Under the pieces are notes generated by a model, which saw only the letters and a list, made by a program, of their open reading frames with translations, had not been told where the DNA came from and did no database searches. 64,000 nucleotides of DNA from Octopus sinensis (lineage: Eukaryota): assembly GCF_006345805.1 (NCBI RefSeq), contig NC_043003.1, positions 84,878,001-84,942,000 of the forward strand, given 5' to 3'. Positions 51,904 through 64,000 of the stretch are shown one piece after another (the stretch's first letter is position 1; each line of letters opens with the position of its first letter). Made by a program: the position numbers and the translations under genes.

Positions 51904-54900
51904 AGCCAACTGGAGGTGTTCTCCTGGGGCTACAAGCTACAGTAGCATCCTCTCTAGTGGTTAGCCATTTTAAATGGCAAATATACTTCACATTGTCGTG
52001 TCGTTCAGAGATTTATTATGCTTATATATATATATGTTTTGAGAAAAAAGTCGTCAGAATTTTGAAAAACATCTTGTTCATAATTCTCGAACTTGTCAAA
52101 TAAAATTTATATTTAGAATATAAAATGTCCTGTTACTCCTTCAAACATTCATTTTTGGAGGGAATTCTTGATGAAATGTAGTTCTGCATTAAAAAATATT
52201 AATATAAATTTGCAAAAACAATTAAAAAATCAATCAACAAATAAAATATACTAAAAGAATACATACATACATATATATATATAGTTAATCCAAACAAGAA
52301 TTCACAAAAAAAAACACACAACAACGCGAGGACGTGGAACAAATATAGTATTATTGGACGCTCAGGAAAGAAGGAAAGAAGGAGGGTTTAACGTTTCGAG
52401 CGGAGCTCTTCGTCGGAAACATAGGAGAAGGAAAGATCCAGAGAAGGGAAGACAGAGGAAAAAAATTGCCAACGGTACACACGAGGTCACACACACACAC
52501 ATATATATATGAGAGTCCAAAGTGTACGCATGCCGCTATAGCTATATAAGAAATACAAAAAAATGGGACAAGAACGCAACCGGCGACAAAAAGACATCCA
52601 GACAGTTAGATGATACAAAAAGGGACAGAGAAAAAAAAAACAAAACGGTTCATTCGGAGTTTTCTTTCGTCAATCGAGTTCCAGATTATTTTCAGTTTCG
52701 GCTGGTATACTCGACGAAACTGCAAAAATAATCTGGAACTCGACTGAGGAATGACTCCTCCTTGTTTTTTCTTGTCTCTTTTTGTATCATCTAACTGTCT
52801 GGATGCCCCATTTTTGTATTCATATATATATATATATATTATATATTATATTTATATATATATATGAATGTATGTATATATACGTAAATAAAAACATCCC
52901 AATGCTACACACATATATCTGAACATTTGTAGAGATGTACCACATTTGGTATAAAGTATTCAAATTCTCGACTTTACCTTAAAACATTCATTTTGGAGAG
53001 AATTTTTGATGAAATCTAGTTCCATTGCTTTTCAGTAATGCAGATCGTCCCGTGCACATTTGTAAAAGGGAAAATGTTTAACTTTTGGAGGCTGCATATT
53101 TCCAGATGCTTACTTAATGGAATCTTGCGTAATTCCTCTTGTCGGATATGTTGCCTGTGGATTCTTGCACGTTGGCCAGAGGGAATTATTTGTTTCACCA
53201 ATGTAATTTCTTAGCAGTTTGGGCAGGTAATGCAGTATATGAGGTTTTGCCTTTTGCAGTTCATGTCTGCATTTTGAAAAGGATCCGCGTTTGAATTTTA
53301 TGTAAGAAACCCCTTTCCAAGTATTTGAAGTTGTTGATGTTGTTTGTGTTCCACATCTTCTAACTCCACATTCTTTTACTAAGAATTCAGATTCATTCTC
53401 TGATTTGAATTCTGCCCTTGTGAGGTGTTTTTTAAGATTTTTTGGTTGGCATCTGCTATTCCGTAAGGTGTTTTTTTTCAATCAGATTTTTCATTTTGGG
53501 TCTTTGTAGGAGTACAGGTAAGTTCGTGGAAGATGGTAATTCCAGGACTATGTGTGTTTATGAACGGAATCGTGTTTTCATTAACTTTTTCCTTAGGTAT
53601 TCGTAGATGTGTGATATTCAGTTCCATCGCTTTTTTAATTCCCTCATTAATTAATCCTAAGGGGTATTTCTGTGTTGTGGGGAAGCCTTTGATTTCGTTG
53701 AGTCGGATTTCACGTATTTTGGGGTCAGTCATTATAGCACAGATGCGTCTATGGCAAGAGTAGAAATTTAAATATTGGTTGGTGTCGGTGTTTTATAAAA
53801 TATGTTTGTTGTGACTGTGGAGTTCTGTATTTTTATATGGATATCCTGGAATGGTAGTTCATTGCAAATGGATTCTGTCGTGAATTTGAAGGATGGGTCA
53901 AGTGTGTTCAGTATATTGTTAAATATATTTAGATCTTCATTCGATTTGTCCCAGAAGATGAAGCAATCATCAAGGAAGCGTTTCCACTTTTTAATATATT
54001 TCTTGAACTCCTGATCAAAAGTTTTTTCTACTTCCTCATAAAGTTTTTCTTCCAAGTATCCCATTACTAAGTTTGCATATGAGATCGTAAACCGCGTACC
54101 CATGGCCGTGTCATTTTTTGTCGATATGTTTTATTGTCGAATCTAAAGGTATTTTCCTCTAGTACTAGGTGTGTGTGCCTTGGTGATGAAGTCAGTGTTT
54201 GAAACGTTCATTTATCCGTCTCTCTGTGTTCCTCTAACTACCCGGTATTTGATTGCTTCTAGGCCTAAAAAGTGTGATGTATATTAGTATAGAGATTGGT
54301 GCCATCACAAAAACAAGGTGCTGAGTATAGTAACCTTCTGCGACAGTGGAAGGGATTGTTGGATGAAATCTATACCATCATGTAAATATTGGGTATTAAA
54401 AGCTACAAGGTTTTAGGAGTATATCCAAAAAATGACTTAGTTGTTGTGTTTGGTGTTTTGATTTCCAGCAACTATTGGTCTTAGTTTGAGGTCAGAAGGG
54501 CCTATTATTTTTACGTATTGGTTCTTCTTATTTATGGCACATTGTATTTCGGAGCTTTTGTGGTTTTTGGTAATCCGTAGAAATTACTCTCTTTGATTAC
54601 AGAAGCTGCATATATAATATTTCTCCTTGTCTGTGAAGGAATTTGGAATTCATTGATTAGTCTCCTGATTTTATTCATTATTGTTTTTTTCTTTTAGGAT
54701 GACTGAGATGTCATTTTCATTCATTCTTGTGTTTGTAAGGCTTCCTTTTCTTCTTCACGAAGGTTTTGTTTGCATCTGTGGGTATTTAGGGGAAATTTTT
54801 TAAATCGTGCCTATATATACGTCTAAATATTTGTCCTTTCCCTTGTAGCGGATGAAGTGGGATTTATTTCTGACTATTATTCATCATTTAAATCTTTATT

Positions 54901-57900
54901 GCTGAAGAATTCTATAAGTCGGAGGTGGCGGTTGAAGTGTTCAGTATCAGATTCCAGTTCTATGAGATTAGGTGTAGGTGTCGGGGTAAACTTGAAACCT
55001 TTTAATAGGAGGATCATCTCATTCTCGTTTGACAAATTTATGATCTTCGGGTCTATATGTTGTGTGTGTGTTCATTTAAATTTTGTGTATTATCGGGTCT
55101 GGTGTGTGATTTTAGTATCTTCTCCATCAAAAAGGAATGTGTCACCATGTCTCCGTTTTCTGATCTCGGCGTTGTGGTTTCCATGTAAGTGGGAGGGATG
55201 GTTCATATCTTTTATATGAAGGACAAAGGAATTAAGTTTTGCACCCCACCCCAGCGTGCGGTAACTGGTACTTTTTATCGACCGAAAGGATGAAAGGTAA
55301 AGCCGACCACGGCGGAATTTGAACTCAGAACGTAACGGCAGACGAAATACGGCAACGCATTTCGCCCGGCGTGCTAACGTTTCTGCCAGCTCGCCGCATT
55401 GTAGAATATAGGTTTCTAGTCTGTACTTGGGGTGAGACAGGGGTCATTTCCGCGTATGTTCTTGGGTAATTAGAGGTTCGTTACCTCAGTTCGGTTCTTC
55501 TGGTGTTAGTGTCTAAGTTTGTTTTCGATTTCTTCGTATTTCTTCGTGTTGTTGTGGTTTCGTTTTCATTATGCATTTGTCTCCATGGTTTTCTTCATAG
55601 TTAGTGACTCACTCTTGTTGTTTTTCCTACATTTTTATGGATTTTTCTTCTTCCCGCTTTGTGGCTTCTTTCCATAGTTTTTGCAGTTTTCATGACATTG
55701 ATTGTCACTCCGCTCAGCAATTTCAGCAAACACACACAACGGGAGAAAGCACCCAGTACACACGCCAGAATCGTGTTGCAGAAGGTGAGACAAACTCCAA
55801 AGCGCTTGTGACAGGTAAAAAGTGTAATCTGTATCAGCTGCAAAATGTTCAAAGTTCGAGCAAAGACCATGCAGGGATGCGAGGACTTTTGAGGCATGAC
55901 TAAGACGAGGCAAACTATTACACTGGTGCCAAGAAAAATTGTGATAAAATGAATTAGTATACCCGATGGTGTTAGGAAGGGAATGAATCCATGGAAAAAA
56001 CTTTGTACAGAAACGCAGTAGCAAGGTGTGTTCCTTAAAACATTATGAGGATTAAGATAGCATACTCTTGCTAATATGAAATCTCAAAATATTCTAATGA
56101 TTCCTACAACACATAATGTACTATTTGGAACCGGATATTCGCACAGTGACATCTGTGAAGAAAGAACTTGCAGGAAAATGAAAAAAATGTTCGTTCTCTC
56201 ACAACATTAAAGTTATCCATTCAAACGAGCTCTATTTCTCTGTACTCTGTCTCACGTCGCTACCTCTCATTCTTCCTGACCTTGTACGGAATTATTTTAA
56301 GCAATACCAAACAATTAGTATCAACGTATGTTGCTATATATTAATACCTAGCTGAAAATTACTTTATTAGGGAAAACTACATGGAACAGTAAATTACGTA
56401 CATTACACACGTTGTCTTTAATAATATCTATTATTTACATTGACATCATGTCTCTGAAAGGAAGAAAAACTGCACTCTGTAAACACTGTCTATCCTTTGG
56501 TATTAAGAATGGCGTTTACGAATGCAAGCATTTCTATTTCTAGTACAGGAGCATGGCAGCAAGGTGTGTTCTCACACTCATTGGATATTAGTGAACAGTT
56601 TAAATATTTCTCATGAATCTAGCGTCGCACAATGTGTGGGAAGCAGTCATTCATTCAATGATATTTAAAAAAAAAAGAAAGAAAGAAAATCCTGCAGCAA
56701 TTTGAGAAAATATTTCTTGTGTCTTGAGTCTGATGGGCTGTGATATTTAAAGCAATTCTCAATTTCATTACGAACTATTATGCTAATACGAAAATATTTG
56801 TTTTAAAATGTAAATATTATGAAATATTGCCAACCAATAGGTATTGATGTCATGTCTTCCATATAATCCAAATTAAGTAATTACAAATCTAATAATATTT
56901 ATTCTATATTAAATAACTATAATATATTGCGTGTGTATTTTTTGCGATGTTTAAGATAAGGTAAATAACCTTAAAAAACCTATGTCCTTGCCATTGAAAT
57001 AGTGCTGGTAGGATCACTAATTCATTAAAAAGATTTTTATTGGAAACCAGATATTTTCTCATCTCGAGATGAAAGGAAAGCATGCCATTGAAGATGTTAT
57101 TAGAGCAAGCATTAAAGGATATATTGTATATTCATAATATCTATTATGAAAAATGACTTTGCAATCCGATATACTTTCTATAATAATATGTATTTTATAT
57201 ATTTCTAGGCGTAACCAGTACTAATGGAGTTCAAAACGGTAAATAATGCTTATATATAATTATGTTAATATTCAAAGATTCTTATAATTATAATATTCAT
57301 CGTTTTATTCATAGTTCTTAGGGCTAACAACCTGGCAGAATCTTTAACAGGTCTATCAAATTCTTAAGCAGGTCGTCATCTCTCCCCCTTCGGTATGCGT
57401 TGAAATGCTGCCGAGATTATCATTGCATTACCTCCTGTCGTAGACGTTAAAATATCTGAGTTCATGTAAACGATGGAGTAGATCCCCCACAAAATTGCTG
57501 TGACCATATTTGCAGCAATTTATAGTTTCATTACGAACTATTATAAAATACGAAATTATTTATGGTTTAAAATGTAAATATAATGAAATGTTGTCAGGCA
57601 ATAAATATTGATTTACGCTGCTATATATTGATACATATCTGAAAGTTATTTTAAAGAATGTTATATGTTGCTTTAGGGAAAACATTGATGTATAATTTAT
57701 TGTAAATCAATGATTGAACTTCGGGCTATAGAAGATTACATGCATCACAAACATAGCCTTCAAAAAATATTTATAACTGGCATGGATATACTGTCTTAGT
57801 TTCAGAAGTGGTTAGTATAATAAATAGAATAGAAAGCCGATAATGATAATATATTTACGATAATTAAGCAGAGGGAGAACTGAAAATTGTGGAAGAAGTA

Positions 57901-60900
57901 AGATTCAGGTGAATGATTGATTGAAATGCTGATGATAAAGCATTTACGGTTATATGAATGGCCTGAAATATAGAATTTTCTAGAAAGATTGTAAGTGAAG
58001 AAATCTCATCCAGTTTGTGAAAGATTTATTTCATCAAAAACTCTTATTGTAATCATCAATGAAATTATTTTCAAGAGAGTAAATAATAATAAAAATTACA
58101 AAGTTACAAAGTATGAATTTAAGTAGTTACAAAATTTCACGCACGTAAGTGTAGATTTTGCACATTGTCGCAAATATTAAAATAATATTGAAACTTGTGT
58201 TTATAGATTGCTTTTAGCAAACCTAGTTTTTATATTGGTTTTTAATTGAAAAGCAAATAATTATAGTTATGCATGGTTTTGGAGAATATGGAGCAGTTGA
58301 ACAAATCATACCATTCTGTGACAAGATTAAAGCTATGCCTCACAGTATTGTTATATGTCAGAGCTCTAATGTTGCATTATTAATAGCTATTATATGATGA
58401 ATAGTAACCAAACTGGCAATGAATTCCGAGATATATCTGATAAAGTCATTAAATGATAATTCTGTATAAAGTAAACTGGATGTTAGTGTTACTGGTATGT
58501 CCCAATACCGATCTGTCTTGTTTTATATGGTAAATTACTGAGAAAGCTTCATGATAAAACCGGATGTCGTGTTTTCTTATAATGCGAAATATGTAATTAA
58601 AAAACTAACTTTCATATAAACAGAAAAAAATAATTAAAAAAACTAACAAAATTTCTTCTATATAAAATAACAATCATATACATTCCTTAGTGCTTATAGA
58701 ATCAATTGCACATAAGAACAATTTTCATAGGAAACTACACAATTAAGATAACGTAAATAACATTATCATACCTAAGAGATTGCCATGGAAATATTGCTTA
58801 TAAAATCACTCGTTCATTATAACGATTTTCATTGGGAATTCCATATTTTCTCATCTTGAGAGATAGCCTTCCATGACAATGATATTATATAAATTCGTAT
58901 TGAATGAAATGATAGCATGCCATTGAAGATATTATTATAGTAAACATAAAATGATATATTGTATATTATAATATACGTTATCAAATATGTCTTTGCTATC
59001 AGATTTTCTTTCTGTGATAATATGTATTTTATATATTTCTAGAATTGCTGCTAATAAAACCTCTGCAAAAGATAAATTATGTTCTTATATAAATATGTTA
59101 ATAATCAAAGAAATTTATAATTAAAATCTTCATCGTTTAATTGATAAATTCTTGAGGTGACCACATGACGGAATATTGAACGCGTCGAACAAAATACTGA
59201 GCAGTTTGATATCTGTCACTTTTCTGTATGCCGCCGAGATTATCATTGCAATAACTCATGTCCCAGGGGGTAAAATAAAGTTACACTTAAATATATGGGC
59301 TAATGTAAACGACTGAACAGTATCTTCTACAACATTGTTGGACCTGTGCACATATTTGAAGCAATTCATATTTTCATTAAGACCTATTATAAAAATACGA
59401 AAATATTTATGTTTTGAAATGTTGTAAATATTATAAAATGGAGTCAAACAATAAGTATTGATGTATGTTGCTATATATTGATACAGATATGAAATTAACT
59501 ACAAAAAATGTTACGTGTTGATTTGGTGAAGACACTGAAGTATAAGTTATTATAAAACAGTTCTTTGAACTTTGGGAAAACTACGTGGAACAGATGACAT
59601 ATATCTAAAATATTGTCTCTAATGAATATTTATTACTGACATGAGAATCCTCATGATTTCTCAGTTTCGGAATTGGTCGGTGTTACGAATAGAATAGAAA
59701 GCCAATAATAATAGATTTAGGATAATTAAGCAGAGCGAGAACTGAAATTGTGTAAAGAGTAATAATACTCAGGTGAATGATTGATTGAAATGCTGATGAT
59801 AAAGTATTTACGGTCATGCGAATGGCATGAAATATAGAGTTTTCTAGAGAGATTGTAAGTGAAGTAATCTCATCCAGTATGTGAAAGATATATTTCATCA
59901 AGAACTCTTATTGTAATCATCAATGAATTATTTTCAAGTGAGGAGATAATAATGAAAATTACAAAGTTACTAAGTATGGATTTAAGTGAAGAAATCTCAT
60001 CCAGTTTGGTGTTGATATTGCTATTGCATTAAACGATTTTCATTGGAAACCACATATCTTTTCATCTTAATATATATCGTCCATGTCAATTATAATATAT
60101 AAAGTAGTACGGAAATAAGGGATAGCAATCGATTGAAGAAATTATTAGAGCAATCATAAAAAGATATATAGTATATTCCAAATTTATATTACGGAATATC
60201 AATTTGCAATCAGATATGTTTACGTAATAAAATGTATTTTAAATATTTCCAGACACTGGCCCAACTCCTGGAAGAGCAAGAGGTAAATGTTGCTCATATA
60301 TAAATAAGTTAATTTTCAATGAATTTTATAATTAAAATATTCATCGCAAAATACTGAGTTGAGTATATTGATACATATCTGTAATTTACTTTACCTGTTG
60401 CATTGGTGAAACACTTAAGTATAAATTATTGTGTAACAAAGTTTGAACTTTGGTAAAACTTTATGGAACAAAAGATGACATGCATTACCAATATTACCTC
60501 TAATAAATATTTGCTTCTGGCATGGATACGATGTCACAGTTTCAAATGTGGTTAGCATAATGAGCAGATGATAATGCCAGAAATAATAATAGAGTTTGGT
60601 CAATTAATCCGAGCAGAAACTGAAAATATGTAGGATGTAAAAAGGATTCAGGAAATGATGCAGTATTTATGGTTATATGAATTACATGAAATATAGAAAT
60701 TTCCAGAAACATTGTGAGTGATGAAATCTGATCGAGTTTGTGAAAGATATATTTTATCGAGGGCTCATAACAAATCATCAATAATATCATTTTTAGGTGA
60801 TGTGAAATTAATGAAAATTACAATGTTAGAAAGTATGAATTTTAAGTAATTAGAAAGTTGCACGCACATACGTGTAGATTGTGCATATCGTCGCACATTT

Positions 60901-63390
60901 TGAAATAGTATTGAAACTTAAGTGTTTAAGAAACTTAAGAAAAGTTGTAAATATTATAAAATTATGTGAAACAATAAGTATTGGTGTATTTTGCTAAATA
61001 TTGATACATAACTGTAATTTACTTTACCTGTTGCTTTGGTCAAACACTGAAGTATATGTTATTGTAAATCAATATTTGAACTTTGGCAAAACAACACTGA
61101 AAAACAGATGACATGCATTACAAATACTTCCTCTAATAAATATTTACTACTGACATGGATATGTTGTCTCAGTTTCGAATGTAGTTAGCATAATGAGCAG
61201 AAGATAATGCCAGAAATAACAATAGAGTTTAGTCAATTAAACCGAGCAGAATCTGAAAATGTGTAGGATGTGAAAAGGATTCAGGTAATGATGCAGTATT
61301 TACAGTTATATGAATGTCATGAAATATAGAAATTTCCAGAAAAATAGTGAGTGAAGAATCTGATCGAGTTTGTGAAAGATATATTTTATCGAGAGCTCTT
61401 ACCGTAATTATCAATGATATCATTTTCAAGAGATGTGATAATAATAAATATTACAATGTTAGAATGCTATGAATCAAAATATTCTTTATATCTGCGTGCT
61501 ATAATATAGGGCTTTTAATGACATTTGTATGATTAATAGCACAGAATATGGTCATGAATATCTAGAAATATCTGATAAATACATATGTGATGTAAACGAT
61601 TGAATTTATCTCCAACAAAATCACCCGACATCTGCCCATATTTGAAGCACTTCATATGTCCATTACGAACTATTATAAAAATACGAAAATATTTATGTTC
61701 TGAAATTTTGTAAATATTATGAAACGTATTGTTGTAGTTCGCTATATATTGATACAAATCTGTAACTTACTTTATAGAATATTACTCGTTGCTTTGTTCA
61801 AACACTGAAGTATAAGTAATTGTAAATAAGTGTTTTTTCTTTGAGAAAACTACGTTGAACAGAAAATTACGTGCTTCGCGGACGGTGTCTCTGAGAAATA
61901 TTTATTACTGACCTGGATATACTGTATTAGTTTCAGAAATGGTTAGAATGTTAAATGGAATAGAAAGCCGATAATGATAATATTTTTACGATAATGAAAC
62001 AGAGCTAGAACTGAAAATTGTGGAAGAAGTAAAACATTTCAGGTGAATGTTTGATTGAATTTACGGTCATATGAATGGCCTGAATATAGAATTTTCTAGA
62101 AAAATTGTAAGTGAAGAAATCTTATACAGTTCGTGAAACTTATATTTCATCAAGTACTCTTATTGTAATCATCAATGAAATCATTTTCAAGAATGGAGAA
62201 CATAATGAAAATTTCAAAATTACAAAATATAAATTTAAGTAGTCACAAAATTACACGCACGTAAGTGTAGATTCTGCACATTGTCGCAAATTGTAAAACT
62301 GTTTTGAAATTAAGTGTTTATAGATTGCTTTTTGTAAAGCTCGTTTTATTATATTGCTTTATAACTGAAAACAAATAGTTATAGTTATGCATGGTTTTGG
62401 AGAATATGTAGCAGTTGAACGAATCATACCATCATCTGACAACATTAAAGCTATGCACTACAGCTATATAGCTGTCCATGACATTGATATTACATGAATT
62501 AGTATTAAATGAAACGATGACATGCGATTGAATATATTATTAAGCATAAAAATGATACACTGTATATTCATAACATCTATTATGGAAAATGACCTTGTAA
62601 TTTGATTTTCTTTGTATACTAATACGTATTTTATGTATTTCTAGTCCCAGTCACTACTACTAACACTCCAAAAGGTAATTGATGCTTATATATAATTATG
62701 TAATTACTCAAAAAATGTTATAATTATAATATTCAATAATTTATTCATAATTTCTTGATGTAACCGCAAGGGAGAATCTTTAACAGGTATAACAAATTCT
62801 TAAGCAGCTCGTCATCTGTCTCCTTTCGGTATGTCTTGAAATGCCGCCTACATTATCATTGCATTACCTCCTGTTGTAGGCGGTAAAATAAATTTGCACT
62901 GAACTATTTGGTTTCATGTAAACTATTGAACAGATCCCCAAGAAAATTACTGGACCTCTGCCCATGTTTGCAGCACATAATTTAAAATATGTAATTAACA
63001 AAACGAATAATATTTATTTGATATTAAATACGGATATTATATGCCGTGTTCCTTTTTTCGATGTTGAAGGTGAGGTAAATATACTTATCATAGTTATGTC
63101 ATTGCATTTCAATTACTGTTGGTAGTGCTAATGCATTAAACGATTTTCATTGGAAAGCACATTTATTTTCATCTTAATATATAGTCGTCCATATAAATTA
63201 TATTATATAAAATAGTATGGAAACAAATTATAGCATGCGATTGCAGAAATTATTTGAGTAATCATAAAAAGTTATATAATATATTTCAAATATTTATTAC
63301 AGAATATGAATTTGCAATGAGATTTGTTTGTATAATAATATGTATTTTAAATATTTTCAGACAATAGATCAGCAGGTGGAGGTGTACCAA
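45114..63390 (+). CDS. Putative micro-exon gene, right copy (spliced, 3' end outside window): MKTIYLLIVVVAIVS-GVTSTNGVQN-DTGPTPGRAR-VPVTTTNTPK-DNRSAGGGVP...
   Basis: A phase-1 signal exon is followed by four AG/GT-bounded 30-nt exons open in phase 1. The joining is inferred. Confidence 0.8.
45433..45618 (+). mobile_element. 186-bp right-arm-only element with hammerhead-like motif (45483-45520)
   Basis: Flanked by TACATA direct repeats (single copy in the left arm); tcttt-CTGTTGA-a-gagc/gtag/gctc-GAAA-cgtt-aaaga. Confidence 0.7.
45920..46690 (-). mobile_element. R4/Dong-like 3' fragment (mirror of 23010-23640, ~150 bp longer)
   Basis: EGYAFAIQEQDIAT...CKLC ORF at 46212-46601. Confidence 0.82.
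47171..47912 (-). mobile_element. Tc1/mariner deletion derivative (mirror)
   Basis: WPSKSPDLNPLDFSVW motif, TIRs and TA ends. Confidence 0.88.
48950..49690 (+). mobile_element. Penelope-like GIY-YIG 3' fragment, right arm only
   Basis: VYNIRC..C...AYIAETSRSIAERLNMH. Confidence 0.75.
50240..51866 (-). mobile_element. CR1/L2-like LINE RT region, degenerate
   Basis: ATGPDGL, NYSPISLSS..TMERIV, HGFRPGRSC and YADGTK motifs. Confidence 0.88.
52386..52420 (-). ncRNA. Degenerate hammerhead-like motif (mirror of 19392-19426)
   Basis: Exact reverse complement. Confidence 0.55.
52990..55220 (-). mobile_element. Degenerate Penelope-like element (mirror)
   Basis: WKRFLDDCF, YIGETNNSL and CGVRRCGT motifs. 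Confidence 0.92.
55240..55397 (-). mobile_element. SINE (second family), right arm only
   Basis: Reverse complement of gcggcgagctggcagaaacgttagcacgccgggcgaaatg... Confidence 0.85.
57209..57238 (+). CDS. 30-nt micro-exon (GVTSTNGVQN)
   Basis: atttctag|GCGTAACCAGTACTAATGGAGTTCAAAACG|gtaaat. Confidence 0.8.
59043..59071 (+). pseudogene. Dead 29-nt micro-exon
   Basis: atttctag|AATTGCTGCTAATAAAACCTCTGCAAAAG|ataaat. Confidence 0.7.
60253..60282 (+). CDS. 30-nt micro-exon (DTGPTPGRAR)
   Basis: tatttccag|ACACTGGCCCAACTCCTGGAAGAGCAAGAG|gtaaat. Confidence 0.8.
62645..62674 (+). CDS. 30-nt micro-exon (VPVTTTNTPK)
   Basis: tatttctag|TCCCAGTCACTACTACTAACACTCCAAAAG|gtaatt. Confidence 0.8.
63361..63390 (+). 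CDS. 30-nt micro-exon (DNRSAGGGVP)
   Basis: tattttcag|ACAATAGATCAGCAGGTGGAGGTGTACCAA|gtaagt. Confidence 0.82.
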
Positions 63391-64000
63391 GTAAGTGATG
63401 CTCATATATAAATAAGTTAATTTTCAAAGAATTTTATAATTAAAATATTCATCGCCTTATTGTTAGATTCTTGAAGTAAGCAACTGACAGAATATTCAAC
63501 GTGTCGCCAAAATTTTGTGTTGATCATCTCTTTCTTTTCGGTTTACGTTGAAAACTAAGTGGAACAGAAGATTACGTGCTTCACGGACATTGTCTCTAAG
63601 AAATATTTATTACTGATTTGGATAGAAAGCCAAGAATGATAATAGATTTACGATAATTGATCAAAACTTGAAATGAAATTGTGTAAGAAAGAAAAAGTTT
63701 CAGGTGAACGATTGATTGAAATTTTGATGATAAAGTATTTACATTCATATGAATGGCGTAAAATATAGAATGTTCCGGAAAAACTTTGAAGAAATCTGAT
63801 CCAGTTTATGAACGATATATTGAATCAAAACTCTTACCGTAATCACCAATAAAATATTTTTCAAGAGAGGAGATTATTATGAAAATTGTAATGTTTCAAT
63901 GCATGAATTTTAAGCAGTTAGAAAATTACACGCATGTAAGTTTAGATATTGTTATGAATTTAAAAATAGTATTGAAACTTACGTGTTTTTAAAATTACAT

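Larger units (their letters stand above)
56300..64000. repeat. Right array of the ~1.75 kb unit (inverted, more fragmented; runs off window end)
   Basis: Reverse-complement homology to the left array units (e.g. ORF 60415-60603). Confidence 0.93.

Overview
AT-rich, repeat-dense eukaryotic DNA, most likely Octopus (inferred from the SINE families, microsatellites and Penelope/Dong elements). The window is dominated by a large imperfect palindrome: left arm ~11.3-33.3 kb, right arm ~37.5-60.3 kb, ~4.2 kb spacer, with the same ~1.75 kb repeat family continuing outward on both sides in opposite orientation. The main result is that this apparent satellite is the body of a putative micro-exon gene. 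Each arm carries a signal-peptide first exon (MKTIYLLIVVVAIVS, phase-1 GT donor). About 10-12 kb downstream is an array of 21- or 30-nt, phase-1 symmetric, Thr/Ser/Pro-rich micro-exons, one per repeat unit, which vary more than the flanking intron sequence. The two gene copies are head-to-head, have different exon repertoires and run off both window ends. The spacer holds a second unusual unit: an uninterrupted, start-less C18orf21/RMP24-like reading frame in a 684-bp inverted-repeat arrangement with a minimal hammerhead ribozyme at each end, resembling a Penelope-type insertion. The rest is decayed Penelope, CR1-like, R4/Dong-like, L1/Tx1-like and Tc1/mariner elements, SINEs and microsatellites. 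All calls were made by eye; no searches were run and TE boundaries are approximate.
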